Shown here one piece after another: positions 11,139-20,530 of a stretch of DNA of 64,000 nt. Both the position numbers and the translations under genes were made by a program. How positions within the stretch are numbered: position 1 is the stretch's first letter; the number at the start of each line of letters is the position of its first letter. Origin of the DNA: Deltaproteobacteria bacterium (GTDB lineage Bacteria; Myxococcota; UBA727; VGSZ01); contig JADZDP010000177.1 in NCBI GenBank assembly GCA_020850995.1, positions 4,712 through 68,711 of the forward strand, written 5' to 3'. The notes below the pieces were generated by a model. It saw only the letters and a program-made list of their open reading frames with translations. It did not search any database and was not told where the DNA came from.

Positions 11139-13415
11139 TCAGGGCAGGGGCACGCGCCACACGCGTGCGTCCTCGTCGCGCACATAGAGCGCGTCGCCGG
11201 CGAACACCGGACGCCAGCGCAAGCCCCCGGTGGGGCGGACGGGCCCATAGGAGACGGCGAAGGGCTCGGCCGTGGCGTCGCTGAAGCAGAGATCATCGTG
11301 CGGGTCGTTGGGCCACCGGCCCAGCCGCCCGCGCTCGGCGCCCACGAGGATGGAGTCGTCGCCGGCCGTGAGCAGCGCGCGGGCGCCGAGCTGTCGGGTG
11401 AGCGGCGCGAGCGGCGTGAGCGTCACGTCTTGCGCGAACCACAGGTGCACGGCTTGCACCGCGCGGCCCGACGAGGCCACGTACAGGCAGTCGAGGGAGC
11501 GCGCGATAGCCGTGACGCCGCCCGCGAAGGGATCGACGTCGTTGACGACGGGCACCAGCACCGAGCCGTCGCGGATCACGCCGTCACGGCTGGCGTTGAG
11601 CTCGAGCGCCACCACCGCGCCGTTGCCGGCGTAGAAGATCCAGTTGCCGTCGATGGTGAGGACGCCCGGGTGGCCGGGATCGAAGCGCGCGGCGAAGGTG
11701 GTCGTGGAGGGAGGGGTGCAGGCGACTTCCGGCACGCCGCCTGGTGCCAAGGCGCTACACCGCTGCAGGTTCAAACGGGCCTGCGCGGGGTTGCCGAAGT
11801 ACTCCGGGCCGCCCAACCACAACGACACCGTGCCGGCCGGCGCGCCCGGATCCACCGCCGCCACCAGCGGCTCTGTGGCGGTACCGACGATAGCGAGGTC
11901 CTCGGGCACCTGGCCGAGCACGTTGCCTTGGGTATCGATGGCGGCGGCCATCACGCGGGCTTGCGTTCGATCCACCGAGGCCACCACGCTCGCGCCCGTT
12001 GCCACGCTCGCCCCGAGCGCGAGCGCGTCGATCGCGAGCGGCACGTCGCTGACCGTGGCGGGCAGCCCATCGGGGAAATGCGCCACCACGCTGCGGGAGT
12101 AGGCGCCAAGCAGGATGCGCCGATCGCCGAGGGGGGCGCCCACCACGCGCTCCCCCGTGCTGGAGCCTGTCACCACGCCCGTGCGCAGCACCGCGGGCTC
12201 CGCCGGCTCGCCGTGCGAGGTAAAGGCGACGAAGTCCTCGCCGAAGATCCACGCGTCATCGCCGATGGACGCGGCCCCAGTGGCATCGCCGAAGCGCTGC
12301 GCCGAGGGGGGCAGGGCCACCGCCCGCGTCGCTTCGTTGGCCAGGTCGGTGACCACCAGCCCCGACGAGCCGGTGCAGGCCACGCGACCTGCGGCGGTGG
12401 TGGCGCAGGGACCGACCACGAAGTCGCCGTAGCCGGCGTTCCCGCCGGGCAGGTACAGGCCCTGTTCGAGGCCACCGCTCAGCAAGCCGCCGCGCCGCAG
12501 CTCGAGCTCCCAGGTGTTGGTCACCCGGGCGCTCACGAGCTGCACCGGCGTGCGCGGCGCCAGGCCCACGGGCGCCGCGACGATGCCCACGGCCTCGCCT
12601 TGCTCGAAGGGCTCGAGCCGCACGACGGTGAGGCCGCCCGCTGCGTCGTGCCGCTCCAGGGTGAAGAGCTCGCCGCTGACCGGAAAGGACGCGGCCACGG
12701 CCCAGGTGCTCGGGTCGGCGCAGGGGCGGGCCAAGCGCGTGAGCGTCGGCAGATCGTTGGTGTGGGGCACCTCGGGTAGCGCGATGTCGCCGACAAGCTC
12801 CGTGGGATCGGCGAGGCTACGCTCCTGCAGCACCGGATCCGGCGCGCCATCATCGTCGCCGAACTGCACGAGCATGACGAAGCGATCAGCGCTCACCACG
12901 CTCACCCCCGCCAGCTCACCGCCAGACTCCTCGACGTGGACGCACTGGCAGGCGTCGTCGCGCACCACGCAGGCGCCGCCCACGGTGCCCACCACCAAGC
13001 TGCCGTCGGCAGCGACGTCCATGGCGCCCAAGGGGCTCGCGCTGCAGTGGACGGGCGAGCTCAGGTCCTCCACGTCGCCGCAGAAGAAGTGCAGATCGGG
13101 GCCGTCGGCGACGACCAGCTGATCGACGCGCGCGCCGATGATCGGGTCGTTGTCGCCCGTGCTCAGGAAGGGATGGAGCTGCCAGTCTTCGCCCGCAAGG
13201 GGAGCAAGCCCTCCGCAGTGCGCCGCGGGCATCGTCGGTGCGTCTGGTGGCGCGCCGTCGCAGGCGGGCGCGCCAGCGTCGGGCAGCGGGGCGCTCAGTC
13301 TCTCCCAGTCGACACACGCGAGGAAGCACAGCGGCAGGGCCGCGCCCGCGAGCAGGAACGCGGGGAGCGCGGCGATGAGCGCACGCGCAGCGCGCCTCAC
13401 TCGAGCCCCACCCAC
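11139..13415 (-). CDS. Secreted hypothetical protein (758 aa)
   Basis: N-terminal signal peptide (ALPAFLLAGAALPLCFLAC). No recognisable catalytic motif. 19-nt overlap with the upstream gene suggests an operon. Confidence 0.5.
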   Translation of the reverse strand: MGGARVRRAARALIAALPAFLLAGAALPLCFLACVDWERLSAPLPDAGAPACDGAPPDAPTMPAAHCGGLAPLAGEDWQLHPFLSTGDNDPIIGARVDQLVVADGPDLHFFCGDVEDLSSPVHCSASPLGAMDVAADGSLVVGTVGGACVVRDDACQCVHVEESGGELAGVSVVSADRFVMLVQFGDDDGAPDPVLQERSLADPTELVGDIALPEVPHTNDLPTLTRLARPCADPSTWAVAASFPVSGELFTLERHDAAGGLTVVRLEPFEQGEAVGIVAAPVGLAPRTPVQLVSARVTNTWELELRRGGLLSGGLEQGLYLPGGNAGYGDFVVGPCATTAAGRVACTGSSGLVVTDLANEATRAVALPPSAQRFGDATGAASIGDDAWIFGEDFVAFTSHGEPAEPAVLRTGVVTGSSTGERVVGAPLGDRRILLGAYSRSVVAHFPDGLPATVSDVPLAIDALALGASVATGASVVASVDRTQARVMAAAIDTQGNVLGQVPEDLAIVGTATEPLVAAVDPGAPAGTVSLWLGGPEYFGNPAQARLNLQRCSALAPGGVPEVACTPPSTTTFAARFDPGHPGVLTIDGNWIFYAGNGAVVALELNASRDGVIRDGSVLVPVVNDVDPFAGGVTAIARSLDCLYVASSGRAVQAVHLWFAQDVTLTPLAPLTRQLGARALLTAGDDSILVGAERGRLGRWPNDPHDDLCFSDATAEPFAVSYGPVRPTGGLRWRPVFAGDALYVRDEDARVWRVPLP

Positions 13416-14122
13416 AGGAGCGCGCCGCCGAACGCGGCCGCGGCGGCGCCCGCGCCGAGGAGCGCGTAGCCCGTGTAGTAGAGGGGCTCGCCGAGCGCGC
13501 GCTTGTCGGCGGCGCCCTCGAGGTTGCCGGCGTCGTGCAGTCGTAGCCCCTCGTCGTGCAACCAGAGCGAGGCGCCGAGCAGCGCGCCGCCGGCAGCGAG
13601 GCCGAGGACGCCCGCGGACAGCGCGCCGATGCCGGCGACGCCGAGCGCAGAGAGCTCGTGGGGCGGGGCCAACAGCGCGTCCACCGCGCGCGGCAGCTCA
13701 CGGAGCACGGCGTCGGCCCCGGCGCCCTCGCGCTGGATCTGCTCGCGCGCCAGCACCACCATGCTGCGGCGCTCGAGCCGCGTCAGCGTCACCACCCACG
13801 TGGTGCCGACGCGGCCGATCTGCGTGGTCACGAGCTGCTCGGCGTCGAGGGCGTCGGCTACCTCGCTGGCGCAGGTGGTCGTGTCGCAGCCGAGCGCGGC
13901 GCGCGCCGCTTCGGTGTTGAGGATGCCCTGGAGGTCGTCGGTGCCGAGGGCGCTGTACTGCTTCGCGTGGTTGCGCGCCGCCGTCAGGATGGCGCTCTCG
14001 ATCAGGCGTGCCTCGTCGGCGCTCACCGAGCTCGCCTGGGCGCGCGCGAAGAACACCCGGGAGGGTGCCAGGTCGGCGCCGGCGGGCGCGGCGAGCAGGA
14101 CCATCACGAGCGCCGTCAACAC
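13397..14122 (-). CDS. Hypothetical secreted protein with C-terminal hydrophobic/Gly-Ala-rich anchor
   Basis: Signal peptide (MLTALVMVLLAAPAGA). The C-terminus has GIGALSAGVLGLAAGGALLGASLWL ... GAGAAAAAFGGALLWVGL, which is TM-like. Confidence 0.45.
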   Translation of the reverse strand: MLTALVMVLLAAPAGADLAPSRVFFARAQASSVSADEARLIESAILTAARNHAKQYSALGTDDLQGILNTEAARAALGCDTTTCASEVADALDAEQLVTTQIGRVGTTWVVTLTRLERRSMVVLAREQIQREGAGADAVLRELPRAVDALLAPPHELSALGVAGIGALSAGVLGLAAGGALLGASLWLHDEGLRLHDAGNLEGAADKRALGEPLYYTGYALLGAGAAAAAFGGALLWVGLE

Positions 14123-14221
14123 GCTGGCAGGCTACCCCGTCCGCATCGTCGCTGCGCGCCTGGTCCTGCGCGCTGTCTCGCGCTGGTTTCCTGGCGGGCG
14201 CGGCGGTGCTAGGCCCACGGC

Positions 14222-14761
14222 ATGGCGAAGCAGGCGACGGCGAAGCGGACGACGACAAAACGAGCAGCTGCCAAGCGGCCCGGCCGCGCAGCGCCGCGCT
14301 CGCCCAAGAAGGCGGCCCCGCGCGCGCGGACCACCGCGATCAAGCAGGGCCGCATCGAGGCGCTCACCCAGGTGTTCGCCGCGCTGGGCGCGCAGGACCC
14401 CGCGGCCTGGGCCCGCTCGCACGTCGACCAGGGCCACGACGAGCTCGGCCGTTTTGTCTTGCTGCGCGCGCTCTGGCTCAAGGCGGTGGAGCCCGGGCGC
14501 CTGCTCGGCATCGCGCGCAACGAGCCCGAGGTGGCGGCGGCCGCCGAGCGGCTCATCACGGTGGCGGGCTTGGCCGACCTCGACGCCGTGCTGCGCTTCG
14601 CGCAGAAGCAGGCGCTGCTCGACGTGTGCACGGTGCTCGACGATCCCTCGGCGTCCGACGAGGGCATCGGCTGGGCCGTCTATCGCACCGACGGGCGCGG
14701 CCTGCCGCTGTGGCCGCTCGATCGCCTGAGCGCGGGCCTCACCGACTCCGAGCCGCGCTGA
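14222..14761 (+). CDS. Hypothetical protein with Lys/Arg/Ala-rich (histone-H1-like) N-terminal tail
   Basis: MAKQATAKRTTTKRAAAKRPGRAAPRSPKKAAPRARTT..., followed by an ordinary globular region. Confidence 0.4.
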   Translation: MAKQATAKRTTTKRAAAKRPGRAAPRSPKKAAPRARTTAIKQGRIEALTQVFAALGAQDPAAWARSHVDQGHDELGRFVLLRALWLKAVEPGRLLGIARNEPEVAAAAERLITVAGLADLDAVLRFAQKQALLDVCTVLDDPSASDEGIGWAVYRTDGRGLPLWPLDRLSAGLTDSEPR

Positions 14762-14780
14762 GTCGGCGGAGGACGTCGTC

Positions 14781-15698
14781 ATGGTGGTGCTGCCGCTCGC
14801 TCTGCTGCTCGCGCTCGCTCCGCCGGCGCCGGCGGGCACCGCGCTGGCCGACGAGCTGCGCCGCGCCCGCGCCGACGACGTGGAGCTCGATGATCGCCTG
14901 TCGGCGGCGCGCCGCGCCTATGGCCTGGTGGCCAACGCCGAGACCACGGCGCTGTTCAAGGCCACCTTCCTCGACGTCGAGCGCGATCTGCTGGCGCACA
15001 CCCGCGCCTTCGAGCGCCTGCGCGCCTCGTGCGTCTCGCCCGACGCGGCGCCGCTCGGCGTGGAGGGCTGCGTGCGCGAGCTGGCGGCGCGCTCGTCGGC
15101 GCGCGCCATGCTCGTCGACGTCCAGGGCGACGAGGTGGTGAGCGTGGTGCTCGGCACCGACGACGCCGCGCTGCACGTGGTGCACGGCGTGGTGCGCCGC
15201 GCGCTGCAGCAGCGGGGTCGGCTCACCCTCGATCTCGAGGTGGCGCGCGCGCGCATACCGCGCGACGGGGCCCTCGAGCGCGCCCTCTTGAGCGCGCTGC
15301 CGAACGCGCCGCGCGCCGACGCCTTCGCGGGCCCGGTCTTGTCGCGCACCTCTCGTGAGGTGCTGGCGGCGCTGCCCGAGCGCGCCGTGGAGCTCACCGG
15401 CGTCGCCGGTCACCGTGTCATCCCCGAGCGCTGCGCCGGCGCTCCCACCACGCGCATGCTCGAGCAGAGCTGGCTCGGCCAAGCGCACGTCGCCTCGACG
15501 GCCGCGGGCGTCACCAGCCGCCAGGTGGTGTTCGACGCGTGGCGCGTCGAGCGTGGCGCCGAGCTCGCCCTCGACGGCCGCCACCCCCTGCGCGTCACCT
15601 GGCCGACGGCGGAGGGTGACGTCATCGAGCTCGACGGCGTGGCGTGGGGCGCCACCGAGGCCTTCCCGCGCGCGCCGGCGCTCAACTGTCCTCGCTGA
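14781..15698 (+). CDS. Hypothetical secreted protein
   Basis: Signal peptide (MVVLPLALLLALAPPAPAGTA). No domain recognised. Confidence 0.4.
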   Translation: MVVLPLALLLALAPPAPAGTALADELRRARADDVELDDRLSAARRAYGLVANAETTALFKATFLDVERDLLAHTRAFERLRASCVSPDAAPLGVEGCVRELAARSSARAMLVDVQGDEVVSVVLGTDDAALHVVHGVVRRALQQRGRLTLDLEVARARIPRDGALERALLSALPNAPRADAFAGPVLSRTSREVLAALPERAVELTGVAGHRVIPERCAGAPTTRMLEQSWLGQAHVASTAAGVTSRQVVFDAWRVERGAELALDGRHPLRVTWPTAEGDVIELDGVAWGATEAFPRAPALNCPR

Positions 15699-16302
15699 GC
15701 TGCTGGTCCACGGCCGCGCCGCTCGCGGTCGAGGCACGCAGCAAGGCGTGCACCGCGCGAAAGAGCGCGCGGCTCGCGTGCGGCGCCTTGCCCTTGCTGT
15801 GCTCCAGCGCAGCCTGGCGCGCGAGCTGGCGCAGCGCGGTGCGGTCGGCCGTGGGCTGCTCGACGACGAGCGCGGCCAGCGCCGCGTCACCCTCGGTGAC
15901 GAGACGGTCGCGCCAGCGCTCGGCGGCCTTGAAGGCGGCCGACGAGGGCGCGTCTTCCTGCAGCAGGGCCTGCAGCTGCGCATCGATGGGGCGCGCGTCG
16001 ATGGTGCGCATGATGCGGCCGATGAACTGGATCTGGCGCCGGTAGCCGCCGTGCGCGGTGATGCGCCGCGCCTCCATGACCGCGGCCTTGAGGTCGTCGG
16101 GCAGCTCGAGGCGCGCGAGCTTGCCCCCGGGCAGCTTCACTAGCGCCTCGCCGAGCTTCTCGAGGCGCCACGCGCGCTCCTTCTTGGCGGCCCTGGTCTC
16201 GCGCTCCTCACCCTGGTCCACCAGCTCGCGGTTGGCGGTGGCGTTGGCCTCGGCGAAGGGATCGACGCCGGGCTCGCCTTGCTCACGTCGTCGTCGGCTC
16301 AT
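15682..16302 (-). CDS. yjgA: YjgA/DarP (DUF615) 50S ribosomal subunit assembly factor
   Basis: Aligns with E. coli YjgA along its length: [32 protein letters not shown] vs [66 protein letters not shown] vs [35 protein letters not shown]. Confidence 0.8.
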   Translation of the reverse strand: [206 protein letters not shown]

Positions 16303-16699
16303 GCTTCACGCTCCTCGACCCTTGGCGAGCGATGCGCTCCACCAAGCTCGCTAGCTGCGCGGCCAGCGCGGCGGCGTCGGCGCTGGCGGCCTCGGGTTTG
16401 ACGATCACGATCAGGTCGCGCGCGTCCAGCCACTCTTTGTGGCGCCGCACGATCTCGCGCAGGCGCCGCCGCACCCGGTTGCGCACCACGGCGTTGCCCA
16501 CCTTCTTCGAGACCGTGAAGCCCACGCGCCCGGGCCTACCGTCGCGGCGCATGCGGGCCAGCAGCACCAGGAGCGCGCCGGCCGTCCGTGTGCCCTGGCG
16601 CTCGATGCGCGTGAAGTCGCCGGAGCGCAGCACCCGACGCTGCGGCGGCAGGCCCTGCGGCAGCTCGTGCACGGTGCGCGCGACGCGCGTCGCGCTCAC
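16283..16699 (-). CDS. rnpA: RNase P protein component
   Basis: [25 protein letters not shown] motif. The start was placed at a GTG overlapping the rpmH stop (GTGA), 16699 by residue counting in table ORF 16283..17134. An alternative start is the GTG at 16633. Confidence 0.75.
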
Positions 16700-16854
16700 T
16701 TCTGGTAGATGGTCGGGGTCAGGCGCTTGCGCCCGTGGGCGCGGCGGCGCTTGATGACGTTCTGGCCGCCGGGGGTGGCCATGCGGGCGCGGAAGCCGTG
16801 AGTACGGGCGCGCTTCACACGGGACGGCTGATAGGTACGAAGGGGCTTGGCCAT
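16696..16854 (-). CDS. rpmH: 50S ribosomal protein L34
   Basis: Reverse-strand translation gives [52 protein letters not shown]. It is below the 60-aa threshold of the ORF track. Coordinates are anchored by residue counting within table ORF 16283..17134 and may be off by 1 nt. Confidence 0.85.
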   Translation of the reverse strand: MAKPLRTYQPSRVKRARTHGFRARMATPGGQNVIKRRRAHGRKRLTPTIYQK

Positions 16855-17318
16855 ACGGGCTCCACGTCTCGCGACGGAAGAGAGTGATCGGGGCGAAGGT
16901 GCTGGTTGGTGCCGCGCTTGTCAACGGGTGGCCGTGGGGCCTCGATCGGACCTGATGTATCGCCCTGCGAGCACGCCGGGGGCCTCTGCAGATCTCGGTC
17001 CGGTCGTTCGTTGCGCTCGCGTGACGGCGCGCCCGTCGCCGTCGATCCATCATCGACGATCGCGGTGCGCAGCGAGACGCGCGCGCGCAATCCGCGAGAT
17101 CCGAGCGCGAACGCCGATGAGGATCGGCGCGCATGTCCGCGGAAGATCGTGCTCGCGCAGATTCTTCGCCGAATCGCTTGCGGGGGCGACGAAGCGTCTG
17201 GTACAGGAACGCTCCCCGTCGACGAAAGGGTCGACATCACAACCACGCTGCCGTCAGGAGGGGTCACGCCACGCGCGACTCCGAGGGACGGCCGTCACCG
17301 TGGAGAGGCACCGCAGGC

Positions 17319-18800
17319 ATGACGCCGCGAAAGAGCGCGCCACCGTCCGACCAGCAGCGCCCGGGTGCACCCGTGGCCGCGCCCGGCGCCGATGGGGCCC
17401 CGGCGGCGCGCGTGCTGGCCGCGGTGCTCGAGCGCCTCGCACAGCGGGTGAGCCTGTTTACCTTCCGCGGCTTCCTGGAGCCGCTGCGCCCCGTGGCGCT
17501 CGCGCCTGATGACCAGGGCGCCCCCGAGCTCTTGCTGTCGGCGCCCACCGACTTCCTGCGCGACTGGGCCCGCGACCACTACCTCGAAGAGCTGACGCGC
17601 GAGGCGACCGCCGTGCTGGGCGCGGCCGTGGGGGTGCGCATCGTTGTGGCCCAGGGCGCGCCGGCCCCCGAGCCCGCGGCGCCGACGCTGGCCGCGCCGC
17701 GCGCCACGCCCTCCACGCTGCCACCGGCGGCGGTGGCGGCCGAGCTCGTGCCCTTCCGCGGCGCGCGCGAGCGGCCCGCTCGGCTCTCACCGCGCTACTC
17801 CTTCGAGTCCTTCATCACCGGCCCCTCGAACCGCATGGCCTACGCCGCCTGCACGGCGGTGGCCGAGCAGCCGGGGGCGCGCTTCTCGCCGCTCTTCTTG
17901 TTTGGCGGCACGGGCCTCGGCAAGACGCACCTCTTGCAGGCCATCGGCAACGAGGCGCTGGCGCTGCACCCCACCTTGCGCGTGGTGTACCTGAGCGCCG
18001 AGCAGTGGGTGAACGAGTACATCACCGAGATCCAGCACAAGCGCTTCGATGACTTCCGTCGTCGCTACCGCGACGGCTGCGACCTGTTGCTCATCGACGA
18101 CATCCAGTTCCTGGCGGGCAAGAACGCCTCGCAAGACGAGTTCTTCCACACCTTCAACGCGCTCTACGAGGCGCACAAGCAGATCGTGGTCACCTCCGAC
18201 CGCTATCCGCACGAGATCGCCGGGCTCGAGGATCGGCTCAAGACGCGCCTGCAGTGGGGCCTGGTGGCCGACGTGCAGCCGCCCGAGATCGAGACGCGCC
18301 TGGCCATCCTCGGGCAGAAGGCGCACGGCATCGGCTGCGCCTTGCCCGTCGACGTGGCCGAGTTCTTGGCCACCACGGTGACCTCGAGCGTGCGCGAGCT
18401 CGAGGGCGCCTTGGTGCGCCTGATGGCCTTCGCGCAGATCACGCGCGAGCCCATCACGCTCGCGGGCGCGCGCGAGCAGCTGCGCCCGGTGCTGGCGCTC
18501 AAGGCCACCGAGGTGCCCATGGGCCGCGTCATCGAGGTGGTGGCCACCTACTACGGGCTGCGCGCCAAGGACCTCACGGGGCCCTCGCGCCAGCGCCAGG
18601 TGACGCGCGCGCGTCAGGTGGCGATGTTCCTCGTGCGCCAGCACCTGGCGCGCAGCCTGCCCGAGATCGGGCGCGCCTTCGGCGACCGCGACCACACCAC
18701 GGTGCTGGCCAGCGTGAACAAGATCGCCGGCCTGCGCGAGGGCGACGCGGGCATCCAGGCAGTGCTCTCGCGCCTGGCGGCGAGCCTGTTCGGCGGCTGA
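17319..18800 (+). CDS. dnaA: Chromosomal replication initiator DnaA
   Basis: AAA+ Walker A GGTGLGKTHLL; DnaA signature regions (LLIDDIQFLAGK, C-terminal HTH VAMFLVRQHLARSLPEIGRAFG.RDHTTV). Start set to ATG 17319 (MTPRKS...). The 5' part of table ORF 17133.. is a frame shadow. Confidence 0.9.
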   Translation: MTPRKSAPPSDQQRPGAPVAAPGADGAPAARVLAAVLERLAQRVSLFTFRGFLEPLRPVALAPDDQGAPELLLSAPTDFLRDWARDHYLEELTREATAVLGAAVGVRIVVAQGAPAPEPAAPTLAAPRATPSTLPPAAVAAELVPFRGARERPARLSPRYSFESFITGPSNRMAYAACTAVAEQPGARFSPLFLFGGTGLGKTHLLQAIGNEALALHPTLRVVYLSAEQWVNEYITEIQHKRFDDFRRRYRDGCDLLLIDDIQFLAGKNASQDEFFHTFNALYEAHKQIVVTSDRYPHEIAGLEDRLKTRLQWGLVADVQPPEIETRLAILGQKAHGIGCALPVDVAEFLATTVTSSVRELEGALVRLMAFAQITREPITLAGAREQLRPVLALKATEVPMGRVIEVVATYYGLRAKDLTGPSRQRQVTRARQVAMFLVRQHLARSLPEIGRAFGDRDHTTVLASVNKIAGLREGDAGIQAVLSRLAASLFGG

Positions 18801-18872
18801 GGTTCGCGCCCGGCGCTGCAAGCGCTGGAATTCGCTCGTACAATCAAAATTTCAGCGGGCCGGGGATTGATC

Positions 18873-18888
18873 TGGCCTGATTTACGCT
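18873..18888 (+). promoter_or_regulatory. Candidate sigma-54 (-24/-12) promoter upstream of glnA-family gene
   Basis: TGGCCTGATTTACGCT matches GG-N10-GC (consensus TGGCACG-N4-TTGCW). It lies in a locally AT-rich intergenic region about 65 nt upstream of ATG 18954. Confidence 0.25.
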
Positions 18889-18953
18889 AAAACTCCCGCC
18901 ATCAAGGCTTCACTGGCCTGTTTCTTGACGAGCCTCTTGCCCAGGAGCACCCC

Positions 18954-20390
18954 ATGACAACGCCCGCGCTGCGCGACTTCTTGGAGATCCCCTACGACAA
19001 GCTCGAGGACATGAACCTCGAGCTCAAGGCTGCGCGCCTGTCGCGCACCAGCGCGGACAAGCTGCGCGAGGCCCGGCTCAAGTACCTGACCGACGAGAAG
19101 CGCATCAAGGCCGTCACCGTCTGCTTCACCGACCTCGAGGGTCGGCTGCAGATGCTCGACTACGACAAGAAGTTCCTGCTCAAGAGCGCCGACAACCTCA
19201 CCTTCGACGGCAGCTCGGTGCGCGGCTTCTCGGCGCAGCACGAGAGCGACCTGCGCCTCAACGTCGACTGGTCGTCGTTCTACTGGCTGCCCGCCGACGT
19301 GTTTGGTCCGGGCAAGGTGCTGGTGTTCTCCGAGGTGCTCGACCGCGACGGCAACCTGTACGCCTCCGACATGCGCGGCCGCCTCAAGCGCTTCACCGAC
19401 GAGATGTTCGCCAAGGATCAGGTGCTGTGCCACGTCGCCCCCGAGATCGAGGGCTTCCTCTTCGAGGGCAGGGACGCCGAGCGCCGCTACCACGAGACCG
19501 GCAAGTTCGACTACGTGTCGACGGGCGGCTATTACCACTCGCTGCCGGGCGACAAGCTGCGCGCCTTCATCGACGCCGCCGCCGAGGTGCAGCGCGCCAT
19601 GGGCTTCGGCAACGAGAAGGACCACCCCGAGGTGGCGCCCTCGCAGTTCGAGATGAACTTCGCCTACAGCGACGTCATCATCACCGCCGACCAGGTGCAG
19701 CTCTACAAGCTCTTGTGCCGTCAGGTGGCGTCGAACCTCGGCATGACGGCGAGCTTCTTGCCGAAGCCGGTCACCGGCATCAACGGCAGCGGCATGCACA
19801 CCAACATGTCCTTCAACAAGGCGGGCAAGAACCTGTTCTGGGAGAAGGGCGGCAAAGACAACTTGAGCCAGGCCGGCTGGGACGCGATCGATCGCATCCT
19901 CACCTCCGCCGACGACATCTGCTTGATCCTGAACTCGTCGGTCAACGCGTATCGCCGGCTCGACCCGCACTTCGAGGCGCCCAACCAGATCAAATCGAGC
20001 GCCAACGACCGCGGCTCCATGGTGCGCATCCCCACGGGCAACGAGAAGAGCGCGCGCATCGAGGTGCGCAGCGTGGGCCCCGACGCGAACCCCTACCTGA
20101 CCTTCTACACCATCGCCAAGACGGCGCTCGAGGGCCCGCGCTCCGTGGCCGACGAGGCCAAGCGCGCGCGTACGCGCTACCTGCCGGACAACATCAACGA
20201 CGCCATTCGCCTCTTCAAGGGCAGCAAGTGGGCGGCCGATCTGCTCGGCGAGGCCGTGCAGACCAAGTTCGCCGACCTGAAGCAGATGCAGGCGGACCGC
20301 TGCAGCAAGGCGCTCGGCGCCCTCATCAAGGTGCCCGAGATCCAGTTCCACCACGAGGTCACGAACCAGTACCTCTGGTCGAAGTTCTGA
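18954..20390 (+). CDS. glnA: Glutamine synthetase family protein
   Basis: GS signatures HPEVAPSQFEMNF, KPVTGINGSGMHTNMS, NAYRRL; 478 aa. Confidence 0.85.
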   Translation: MTTPALRDFLEIPYDKLEDMNLELKAARLSRTSADKLREARLKYLTDEKRIKAVTVCFTDLEGRLQMLDYDKKFLLKSADNLTFDGSSVRGFSAQHESDLRLNVDWSSFYWLPADVFGPGKVLVFSEVLDRDGNLYASDMRGRLKRFTDEMFAKDQVLCHVAPEIEGFLFEGRDAERRYHETGKFDYVSTGGYYHSLPGDKLRAFIDAAAEVQRAMGFGNEKDHPEVAPSQFEMNFAYSDVIITADQVQLYKLLCRQVASNLGMTASFLPKPVTGINGSGMHTNMSFNKAGKNLFWEKGGKDNLSQAGWDAIDRILTSADDICLILNSSVNAYRRLDPHFEAPNQIKSSANDRGSMVRIPTGNEKSARIEVRSVGPDANPYLTFYTIAKTALEGPRSVADEAKRARTRYLPDNINDAIRLFKGSKWAADLLGEAVQTKFADLKQMQADRCSKALGALIKVPEIQFHHEVTNQYLWSKF

Positions 20391-20530
20391 GCTTGGGCCC
20401 TTCCCGCGCGATCCTTCGTGAGCGCTCTCGCCCTCCCCCGAAACCGGCGTCTCGATTGATCACGTCTCGAGACGCAAGAACCAGCAGAAGAGGAAGAAGG
20501 TGGGGCTTGTTGTTTCGCCGTCACGGCAGG

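Noticed and set aside
16928-16942. Second RPHGHP peptide in the rnpA-frame ORF, suggesting a duplicated rpmH fragment
   Set aside because: The underlying DNA (aggccccacggccac) differs from the rpmH internal segment (cgcccgcatggccac). It is a coincidental GC-rich match.
16855-17318. DnaA boxes or oriC in the rpmH-dnaA intergenic region
   Set aside because: Visual scan found only weak partial matches (for example ttgtcaacg, tccacg) and no cluster of TTATCCACA-like 9-mers. Not reported as a feature and left as an open question.
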